NCBI GenBank assembly: GCA_030704615.1
Contig: CM060732.1
Span: forward strand, 15,066,001-15,130,000
Source of the DNA: Takakia lepidozioides
Lineage: Eukaryota > Plantae > Bryophyta
Length of the DNA: 64,000 nt
Direction of reading: 5' to 3'
The position numbers and the translations under genes are program-made. Positions 27,201 through 37,953 of the stretch are shown one piece after another. Each line of letters begins with the position of its first letter. The first letter of the stretch is position 1. The notes beneath the pieces are model-generated. The model saw nothing but the letters and a program-made list of their open reading frames with translations, did not search any database and was not told the DNA's origin.

Positions 27201-29900
27201 CTGAACGGCAATAGGGCCTGGAACTGGAAAATGGCGCCGAATTTCCAGTTGAGGGCCAGCCAGTCTAGGGATTTAGCCCGAAAATGGCTAAGTCCCTGAA
27301 CGGCAATAGGGCCTACAACTGGAAAATGGCGCCGAATTTCCACTTCGGGCCAGCCACCCTAGGGACTTAGCCCGAAAATGGCTAAGTCCCTGAACGGCAA
27401 TAGGGCCTACAACTGGAAAATGGCGCCGAATTTCCAGTTCAGGGCCAACCAGTCTAGGGACTTAGCCATTTTCGGAGCCCTGACTGGAAATTCGGCGCCA
27501 TTTTCCCTAACACCACATGAGGCTCTAACATCCTGAAATGCAAGGCCTTGAAAGAAAGGCAGCGCGTATGTACCTGTACAGAAGGCGCATTGCTGCTTTG
27601 TCCGCGTTCGGCTGGTCGGTGAACTCGTGGCTTCGGCGAGCATCTGCTATCTCCCGAAAGAATAGGTTGGTTTTAGAGCAGAAAGTACCTCGTCACATAG
27701 TCACGTAGGCTCTCTGCTGCAGGAGATATCTCCATCTTGAACTGATGTGCTTGTGTGTCCAGCTGCTCTTGCGCATTCGTCGTCACCTGTGGAGATTCTC
27801 CATCAGATCGCTTTCCTAAAAAACAATGAATCCACCCCCTACTAGAGTAGAAGCCCCAACGAAGCGTGGGGAAGTACCTGAAACCACCATGTCATGCAGT
27901 TCATCCAAATGTCGAATGTGGGGTCAGAGAGTTTGTCCGGTTTGGGGAAGCTCCACATGTCCCTGGTACTTTGGGAACCATTCCAGATTTGGAGCCACCG
28001 GGTTTGTCCAACCACCCAGCATATTCGTAAGCGCCAAACACCACAAAAAGGAGTTGTTGCCACCACAATTTGGTTAAGAATGTATCACCTTTTCTGTTGC
28101 ATCCACACAGGATGTGGCTAGACGATGGAGCTTCTCCAATGTCATCGTGGGCTTCAGAGCGCGAGAGTAGTGCTTCCCCACCTCCACCAGAAAGTCGGCA
28201 CCAAGGGCGGGATCAGCTATGGCCACGTACTTTACATCTGCGACTTGTACTTTATGCGGGCCCTCACCTCCGCAGCTTTGACATACGATTCGAGTTCCGG
28301 GAGGGTTGGATTCTTCTCCTCTGACTCCATGTAGAACCTCCGCGCATGTGCCAAATCCTGCTGTATTTTCGTCTGCTTACGATTTGATGTCGGCCATTGC
28401 AGTTTTGAGAAGACTGTAATCTTTGGGCCCCGCAACCTTCAGCACAACACAATCCACGGCGAAATGCCAATCGAGGTCGTTGGGGTGGGCTTGGGCAATG
28501 TGCTCCATCCATGCAAGGAGGCGATGATTGCCGTCCCACACGTAGAACATCTTACCGGACAAGTGCTGGAAAAGAGGATCACTAGCAATCGATCTCTCGA
28601 ACTCCTCATTTCGCGTTTGCCAATGGGGACCCCATTTGTCCACCTCATCGGAAGTGTGGGCACGGGAAGCTCCGTGGTCATTCTCAATGGAAACGTAAAA
28701 CGCGGCAGACCCCATTCGATATCCATCCCGGAAAGAGAATTTCAGCTTGTCGATATCGCCTGGGAGGGCAGGTCTCACCACCTGCAATGACACCAAGCGG
28801 CAAAGGGGAATTCGAAGCTTGGCCGGGTACACCATGCCCCCCAGCACCCTGCCAATGTTGCTGTGGGTTGCCTCCAACATCTTGGCAGCGGCCAACTTCA
28901 TATCCGCCTCAGACATGACGTCTGCTGCAAAGGGGTTTTCCGGCAGCCCACCAGGACCGCCAAATCCAGCCTGTATGCTCCGGGTTTGGGGCCTGGGGAT
29001 GTCCGGGAGGATGTCATCCTGGTCAGAAAGCTCCCTGTCGTCCTCCTCAACAGGGTCAGCCACCTACGAAACCACCTCCAACACTCTCCCCGTCTCTACT
29101 ACCCTCTCACTGGCTTCACCTCGAACTTGCACAATCCGTGCTCTTTCTGGTGTTCTTTCCTCTCCTCCACTCTCCACCGTATGGGTAATTGCGGGGGCTG
29201 CTCTTGCCCGCGATGGTCTAACCGGTGTGTTACTGCCTCTCTGTGGTGTCTTGGAGGGATCCACCGTCTCTGTGCGTCCTCGCTTACATTGGCATCTGTC
29301 ATTTGGGCACCCCTGGCCTCTTTAGTGGCCTTTTCTCTTTCCTCCTGGCTAGCATTCTGTCTCGTCTATTCTTTTGCCCTCTCTTTTGCCTCTCACGGGC
29401 TTTCTGTTTCTTACTAGGGCTAGCAGCAGGGGAGCCCTCCAGGACGACCACCTTTGATTGAGGCGAACTGACACCCTCGCGCGCACTGCTCACTCCCCCC
29501 TCCGCAGCCCGTGACGGCTCTCTCGCCGGGGATTGCATGTGCTTAGCTTTCTTCTTTTTCTTTGCGTGGGCGGGCCCTACTGCATGTGCATGAACAACCT
29601 CCATTGCCGGATCTGCTGTCCTCATGTCCTCACGCCCTTCACCTGCCATGCCGCCTGCACCAACCTCCCCAATGCCTATTATGTCGTACTGTCGTTGCAA
29701 GTCCTCCCGTCCACCAACAAAAGGTTGAAGTTTGCCCTCTCGCCCCAAGTTGGGCGATTCAAACATGCAATGAGTTGGAGCTGTCGATGATACCACCAGC
29801 GTGTCGGGCTCGTCGTCACTTTGTGATTCCCAAAAATCGTGAAAACCAACATCGGTGCAAAACCAGCATCGCAACGAGCAGCGCAACCACCATAGCAACA
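24288..29900 (-). pseudogene. Spliced, disrupted gene: low-complexity N-terminus, ParB/Srx-like domain, beta-class amino-(N6A/N4C) DNA methyltransferase-like domain, acidic tail
   Basis: ParB-like FYVWDGNHRLLAW at ~28509-28547. MTase motif IV-like DMILLDIPDG at ~25757-25786. Motif X/I-like RSPAFIQTLMETCS..GRILDLTCGTG (~25160-25240), then ASMWAGTLSDRHVFAFEPD. Several frameshifts and stops; exon boundaries are approximate. Confidence 0.7.
26680..27510. repeat. Tandem array of ~95-bp self-complementary units centred on GGCGCC, apparently intronic in the ParB-MTase gene
   Basis: Unit GGCTAAGTCCCT...AACTGGAAAATGGCGCCGAATTTCCAGTT...AGGGACTTAGCC, with about 10 core motifs. Confidence 0.9.
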
Positions 29901-31849
29901 ATCGTGTAACAAAAATGAAAACATAACAAGTTTAGGAAGTATGGAGAGCCATGCTAGCTTCAGCATTGAGAGGGCTCTTGTCATGGCAAGAGCAGGGCTG
30001 GAACAAGAGCTAAGAGATGCGGCAAGGCCATGGAATGTGCACCTAGGGTTTCAGAGCTTGGAAGAAGAGCTCTTGCACCACAAGAGAAGTGTCTTGTGGC
30101 TGGAAATGTAAGCCTTAGGGTTTCAGGAGCTTGGCAAAGGCTGTGGAGTGCTTAGTCTTGTCTTAGAGAGCATCAAGGAGCCAAGGAGCCAAGATAGGGG
30201 GCTGATATCTCTTGTGTGAAGAGGTTGCATATGTGGAGCATGTATTCAGCTCATTGAAGCTTCCATCTTCAAGCTTGGAGGGCAAGCAAGGAAGAGGGAA
30301 GGGCTGACTTCCCTTATGTGAGGGCAATGCATGTGTGGAGCATGCTATCAGCCTGGTGAAGGCTTGCACTTTCAGGTGTGGGAGTGCAAGAAAGGAAGGA
30401 AGGGCTGGTTTCCCTGTAGGGCATGTGGAGCATGCTTTCAGCCTGCTGAAGCTTGTATTTTCAGGTTTGTGGGTGCAAGAAATGAAGCAAAGGAGCTGAT
30501 TCTCTTATGGTGAGAGTGGGGCATGTGTGGAGCATGCCTTCAGCCCATTGAGGCTCTTGTTTTCAAGCTTTAGAGAGCTAGAACGGAAGGTCTAGGGCTG
30601 GTTTCCACTTGGAGTGAAAGAAAAGCACTTGTAGGGCCTATGTGAGTTGGGGTTTCAACTTCAAGCTTGAAGGGAGCGCAACTCTTGAAGCAGCAGGTGT
30701 AGGGGGCTGGAATAGGCTCTAAGACAGATGCTATGGCCAAGGAAAGTGCTTGAATGAGTGCTCACAAGGGCTGGGAACCAGCAGGGCTTGGTTGTTTGCC
30801 ATTGAGTTTAGTGGCGTGTTTGGGGAGGCTAAATGAGAAAGAAGGCTTGGTTTGTGGCAACCACCTCATGGCTTAGGGCTACTATGGTGGTGTGTGGGAG
30901 CCGAAAGAGCAAGAATACCTTGCTGATTTCCTCACAGCCGCCATAGCTCGATGGAAAGAAGCCTAGAGTCCAAGAGACACAAACCCTAGCTTGGCGTGGC
31001 TAAACCCCTTGGAGAAATGGCTAAACTGCTAGATTCACAATCCGAATCAGAACCTTCCGTAGAAGACACAGGAGGTGAAGGTGGCCTAAACCACACACCT
31101 CGTCTCGTGTACCCACTAGTATCGCTAGTGCTCGAACCGACACTGTCCCCAGCAACTAGTGGCACGTCCCTGTTGACACTCAACCGGTCATGAACATGTC
31201 CCTAACCCCCTCTCCACAAGGTAACCGGGTAGAGAACCTGTTGCGGCTTATGGTTTGGAATACTAAGTTCCTAACATAGCCTACACCTGTACCTGCATCC
31301 ACCGCAAGCACTCCTATGGTTGGCTGGTCATCACCTCCAACCTCACCACAGGAGAAACAATGTCGGTCTGGCTGGTCATCACCCCAGCCTCACCATCGAC
31401 AGCATGCTCTAGGACTGGCCGGTGATCAAATCCGGACCAATCACCTAAAACAAGCGCCCACACAAAACTAGCATGGCGCACAGTCAAGCATGCAGGTATG
31501 GAGGGATCCAAACACAAGAAATCAGAACGACAACTCCCCCACACCAAAAACAACTCCACGGTGTTGCTCCTGCAATGACACCCCAGCCCAAACCCGGACT
31601 GACTCTTGCCTCCACCTACGGAAAGGTCTTGGCCTAATGAGAGGGTGGAAACTACGAGGAAGAGAAGCTAAAGCAATGCCTAACCCCAGCATGCCCTCAT
31701 CCCAACACTCTTCCTCTCCTCTCTTCCCTCACTTGCATGATCATGGGAATATCATGAAGATACTCCTCAAACCGCCCTCCACGAGCTTCAAAATTCGGCC
31801 TTCAAGACCACATACCAGTCCTTAGGCAATCCACCAGTGCCTCCACGAG

Positions 31850-32340
31850 TCAGCACAGGCCGTCCACAGGTCAACGGGCCACCACAGACCAGCACAGGCC
31901 CACACAGCTCCCTCACACACGCCCCACGGCCACTGGGCACAGCCTGTCACATACCCGGCCCCACAGGCCACTAGGCGTCACAGCCCCTCACAGCCCGTCA
32001 CAACCCCAAAGGCCTCAGCACGGCCTATCACAGCCCTCAGCCCAGGCCACGGGCACAACCTGTCACAGCCCCAAAGGCCTCGGGCCCCCCCACCCCCTCA
32101 CGCCCCAAAGGCCATGGGCACAGCCTGTCACAGCCCTCACAGCCCTCACAAGCCCCACAGGCCACTGGGCACAGCCCGCACCCGTCACAGCCCACATGCC
32201 ACTGACAGCCCGTCACAGCTCGCCACAGCCCCTCACAGCCCCAAAGGCCTCAGCACGCCTGACACAGCCCCTCACAGCCCCAAGGCCATGGCAGGCCCGT
32301 CACAGCCCCCAAGGCCACATAGCCCCTCACGCCCCATCCA
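31850..32340 (+). repeat. CACAGCCC-rich degenerate minisatellite, of the kind also seen in the LTR and post-integrase region of element C
   Basis: Many CACAGCC(C) motifs; the reverse-complement motif occurs at 37670-37820, 42200-42290 and 49610-49760. Confidence 0.7.
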
Positions 32341-34720
32341 TGGCCACCGCTTCTGACTCATACCGGCGGTGCAAAGTTGTTTCTTTGCCATTGTTGTGGG
32401 ACAATGGAGGATGTATGGAGCTACCAAGGGGCCACGAAGGTACTCTGGGGCGGTGTGCACCATCGGTTGGATGATTTTATCCAAGAGTTTGATAGTTGGT
32501 GTGATTTGCACAAATGCGCAATCCACAACTATTTACACCTTTCATGGCATGGAAGGGCTATTTCAGCAGCACCTTGGGGGCCGCCTATGGATGATTACCA
32601 TGAGTTCAGGCGGGGGCATGAGGTTGAGATCGAGGAGTGGAGGATGTACTGGTCACCCGACTATGTCTCCATCACTAGGGGCACTAGAGCCACGAGGGCA
32701 GTGGCTACACCTGCCGCTGCACCGGCAGCTTCAGCAAGTAACAATGGGACTAGTGGGACTAGTGGTACAGTAGCTACGACGTCCCCCCAAGCCACTACCG
32801 CACCAGCACTAGCACCCGTGCCTGCCTTCAACCCTGTTGTGGAGTTCTTCGAAGAGTTGAGAGAAACTACCAAGGGTGAGGACAGAGAAGTTGCGAAGCT
32901 TGCAAGAGTTCCAACGGAAGCCGACCGAGAGCTTGAGGGAGGCTTTCACTCGCATGAGGTGCTTGATAAATGTAACCCAAGGGGTTACGGAAGCTCAAGC
33001 AGTCCAATTCTGGTATGGGATATGGGACAAGGAGCTGAGGAAGTGTTATTGTTTTGCATCCTGAGTTGCGCCCAGGCCAGTTCCAAGGGAACAATGGTGG
33101 CCGGGGGCGAGGTGGAGCAGCCCAGAGAGGACGAGGTGGCCAGCCACGAGGTGCAGGCCAAGGGCCAGCTCAACATGGCCAAGAACGCAGAGGTCAGGGG
33201 GTTGACCAAGGCATGGCCAACCAGCTTTAGTAGCTAGAGCAAAGGCTCGCTGCCATGGCTACAACTCAGGTGGTACCGGCTCTAAGGCCGGATGGTCCAC
33301 CTCCTGCTCCTGAGGGAGGAGATATGGGAGGCATGGGATTCATGTGTGGAGCCACCCACTAGTGCAGGTGGAGTCTGCTGCAGCCGTGACTCGAGGAGCA
33401 GCACGAGTTTCCTGAGCCACGAGGTGCAGAGGTGGAGTTGGATCCACAGCGTGGGGAGGCAAGCTGTCAGGCTAGGCTTCCTCAGTCATTCACATTGGCG
33501 GAGACAGTGTCTACGCCATCCATGGCACCTAGTTCTCGCCCGACTGTTACCGGAGCGGAGGTTACTATGCCATTGGGGAGAGCTACACGGATAGCACCAC
33601 TACCTAGTGTTGCCAAGGCTACGACAGCTAGTGTGCTGCTAGGAGCGGCCACATCTGTGTGTCAGGCTCCATTGTTCTCGGCTACCATGATTGCGACGCC
33701 GGGGGTAAGACCAGCTGAGGTGTTCAGGCTCGCAGCTACACTCTGTGAGAGTGGGAGGTTACTTCATCTTCTGCGGAGATAGTGGGAGGTGTAGTGCCGG
33801 AGGGATCCTCGGATTTGAGGGTCAAGACTGCCACGGCGGCGCCATGGCAAGCTGCAGCTGCCAGGTTGATGGAGCTGCCAGCTAGGCCAGCCATTGAGCG
33901 CGCCATGGTGACACCTGGAGTTGTCATGTTAGACAACCAGGATGGCATTTTCTGTTTGAGTGGACCGGCAGGCAAGAGGTACCGCCACTGCGGGTCTTGT
34001 TGGACTCGAGAGCTCAGCCATTGATGCTGGGCAGAGCTGCTATTGCAGGCTTGAGCCTCACGGAGGCGGATATGGAGCCTTGTCCTTTCCAGATACAGAC
34101 GTCTCTGGGAGGATCGGCAGGCTCGGGGCATGACACACGGCGTGAGTTGGCTATCAGACTACGGCCGGATCACCCTACAGATGGCTCAGTGATGCAAGCC
34201 AAGGACATTTGTGACAGACGGTCTCATACGATGTCCTGGTTGGTGGGGGCAGTGTTTACCCCATGGGCTTCACCCTGGATTTTTGGGAGGAGTCAGCTTC
34301 CTATAGCCTGCATGGCAGTCAGGGGAGGGCCGGCGTGTGCAGCTCTCTGTGACGTTCATAGAAGAGTTGCGGTTGCCCAGCGAGGCAAGATGCCGACACT
34401 AGCAGCATTCACAACGGCAGTGAGTTGGCCTAGAGAGTTGCTTGAGGGCAACACTCATTCAGAGGATGTGCCACCACCGGGAGAGCATGATGACATGTAT
34501 GGTATGGCGGAGTTGCCTACCATGGTTACTCAGACTCCATTGTGGGGCACGAGCAAGGATTTGCAGCGGGATGCTGATCGACGGGTGCAACAAGCCTGGG
34601 TGGAGGCTTTTTGTACCGTCAGGAGAGGAGGAGAGTGCGGGGATTGCACCAAGACCACCTCAGTTGTCTCCATTGGACACCACACCCTATTGTGTGGCAG
34701 TATCCGGATGAAGCATTTGT

Positions 34721-35670
34721 CTTCTGGACTTGTTTGGCGGGATCAGCACCGGATTGGCTGATGTGTTACAGGCAGGTGTACGAGTTCGACGTTACCTGTA
34801 TATGGAGAGGGATGAGACTGCACGACGCGTTTCACTTCGCCATGTTGCTCAGTTGGTGCAGCGGTACCCTGAGTTGTTGTCGGTGTCTGCAATTCGTGGA
34901 TATCAGCAGGCCTTGCCAGCAGACATTTCGTTGCTGGGGCGCAGGATTTGGAGCGGTTGGCTCCATTGATCTAGTAGTGGCAGGTTGGCCCTGCCAAGGG
35001 CATTCATCAGCCGGGCATGGCAATGGATTGCGAGACTCGAGGTCGGGTCTGTTTTGGGAGATGGTGCGGTTTTTGCGCCACTTGCAGCTTCATCAAGCTG
35101 TATCTCCAGCATACATCTTGGAGAATGTGCCACTGATGGGCGATTCTTGGGCCAGGGTGATGGCCAGTGTGCATCAAGTCCGGTCATGGCTTGGGTCAGC
35201 AGTGTTGCTAGATGCAGCTACAGTGGGGTCACAGGCTCATCGTCCACGGCTATGGTGGACTAACTTGATGCCACCCGCACTGCTCAAGCGTGCATTTGAT
35301 GGGTGCAGCCGCCAGCACATCTCACAGTGGATAGCATTCTGGACACAGGGAGGCAGTCTCTCAGCGTGTGAGACACGATGACCGTTCGCCTTTGGCAGTG
35401 GTCAACAAGGTGGGTCAACCACGAGCAGCATTACCTACACTGCTCAGCTTCCCAGGATCGCATGCTTTCCGGGATAGTGGATCTGGCCTCCTATGGGATG
35501 CTCAGTTGTAGCAGTTAGTGGAGTCTAATGCTGACGAGCGTGAGCGGGCAATGGGTTTTACCACTGGTACCACGGCGATGTCGTCTCTTTCTGAGGCAGC
35601 ACGTCGTCAAGTGTTGGGGCAAGCAATGGATCTCAATTACTTGACCTGGATTATCAGCTTCGCTCTGGCT
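34721..35670 (+). pseudogene. C5-cytosine DNA methyltransferase domain (DNMT3-like) inside the pol of element B
   Basis: Motif I LLDLFGGISTGL, IV IDLVVAGWPCQG, VI ILENV, VIII AHRPRLWWTNL, IX ERERAMGF, X RRQVLGQAMD, in canonical order. Two frameshifts and one TAG. Confidence 0.93.
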
Positions 35671-37060
35671 GAGCAACGCAGAGTGCGGAGTACACTTCCC
35701 TCGATGGTCTCTCTGCCTACCGAGATGGTACAGGCAGTGAGTGGGGGCGAGCATGTGAGGACCACGGGTGCATGCATCCATGGCACACGTGGGAGGTGCT
35801 CGAGGTTCAGAGGAGTTGGCAGCCAAGGCGGCTGTGATGGATGAGGTTGGGATTTTCCCGGGTTGAGGAGGTCCTTAAGGATGAGATGATGGGGCAGGAT
35901 GAGGCCTTGTCATTGACTGAGTAGGCAGGGAGTACTGCTCAAGAGGTTGCAACATAGCAACCACTGGAGCGTCCTACCTCTAAGCCTTGGAGGTTGCAGT
36001 TACGGAGGACAATTGGGAGCCTGACATTGGACCCATTGTCACCGGAGGAGAGAGACGACGTATACGGCGGTTCTTGAGGGCTTACAGGAATTGCTTTGCC
36101 TTCAATTTGAAGGACTTGGGAGCACTGAAGGGTCAAGAGATCCGTATTGAGTTGGCCACTGACACGCCAATCTTTCGGAGACCCTATAATACAGTGACAT
36201 GGAGAGGTCTTTGATTCAGATGAGGACTCAAGATCTCTGGGAGGCAGGTTTGGTGGAGCTCTCTGGTGGAGAGTATGCTTCAGCCACAGTGATGCCAGCC
36301 AAGAGGATGTCTATGGCAATTGGACGAGACGTATGTGCGGTGATTACCGGCCTGTAAATCATCAGACCAAGTCCGATAAGTATGCCATGCCAATACCAGA
36401 GGAGATCTTTGATGCCATCGGGCATGCTAAGGCCTTTAGCACTTTGGATTTACGATCCGGATATCACCAGTTGCCAATCAAGGAGGCGGACAAGCAGAAG
36501 ACGGCATTCTGGGGGATCAATGAGCACGGCAAGGATTGCCTATATCAGTGGCGGTTCTTACATTTGGGCTTAAGAATGCTCCTGCAGAGTTTCAGAGAGT
36601 CATGGATAGGATTCTAGCAGGGGTGGACTTTGCTCGGTGCTACATAGATGATATCATCATCTTTAGTGTTACGATGGAGGAGCATGAGAGACACCTTCAG
36701 GTGGTATTGGAGCGCTTGAGAGTGCACGGATTGAAGTTGCATCCGGGGAAGTGCAAGTTTTTCCACAACCAGATTGAGTATCTGGGTCACATGATATATC
36801 CTGGAGGATTGGGGTACCACACTAAGGTAAGGCCATTGCACAAAACCACGCCCCACGGATGTGAGCCGAGTTTGAGCTTTCATGGGGTTGGCAAACTATT
36901 ATAGACGGTTTGTCAAGGGATTTAGTACCATTGCAAAGGCTCTAACCAAGCTGACCAAGGTGGACCAGGAGTGGCAGTGGGAATGAGCAGGAGGAACGAG
37001 CTTTTCAAGAGCTCAAGGCGAGGTTGACCTCGGCGCCTATCCTGAGACGACCTATCAGGG

Positions 37061-37937
37061 TGTCGCGCGGCTTTTACTCACCCATCCCTTCGCTATCCGA
37101 GGTGGGAACTCCAAGATAGAAGAGTTGGAAATCTCTAAGCCTCAGCCCGCTCAGAACATCAGTCATGACCTACAGCTAGTGTATCATGGGGGTGTTTCCT
37201 ATTTGTTTCCTTCCCATTCATGTTAGCTAGTTACCTTACTATTGCAATTAAGTATCAGTTTGCTTCAAAAATCTATCGGATTCCATCCATTCATTCCACA
37301 GCTTCACTCAGATCTCTCTACACAGTGTGAGTATGAAGTATGTATCAGATTAATATCTATCAAGTATCAGGCTGAAGCCATGGTCTCTATCTGCTCTACA
37401 TTACAACTCTACTTCTTGCATTCAAGTATCAACAGATCGTTTCCTCCTACTCCGTGCTCTCCCTCTTCTCCTCAGAGATGCGCTCTCCGCTCCATTTCCA
37501 AGTTCTGATCCCCCGAAGTGATCATCCTCCAGTCCCCGCTCCTCGCTTTATCTTCCTACCGTGGTTCTAACCGTTTCCCTCACTAACCGTCATCCGTGAA
37601 CTAACATGTTCCATTCGCAGATGTTGTTCCCCACAGTCGTTCCCTGTCCTGCTATCCGTTCCCTATGGTCGTGACAGCTGTGTCAAGCTGTGACTGGCTG
37701 TGTGAAACTTGACTGCTGTGCGACTGTGTTGGGCTGTGTCGGCTGTGTCGAGCTGTGACTGGCTGTGGCGGCTGTGTCGGCTGTGTCGGCTGTGACGGCT
37801 GTGTTGACTGTGACGGGTTGTGTGTAAAAAGTGCGCTGCTGTCACCCCTAAGGCTCCTGTTGGTCTCAGTCTGTGCAAAAATTAAGGGTACCCCACAGAT
37901 CCCGTAAAGTGCCTAAGTCCCAGACAGTCCTCTAACA
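37061..37937 (-). repeat. 3' LTR of element C
   Basis: Matches 48982-49888; adjacent PPT GAGAGGGGGAAGGGG on the minus strand at ~37941-37955. Confidence 0.95.
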
Positions 37938-37953
37938 TTACCCCTTCCCCCTC

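Noticed and set aside
30040-30990. TAGGGTTT / AAACCCTA telomere-like motifs
   Set aside because: Only isolated single copies, not an interstitial telomeric array.
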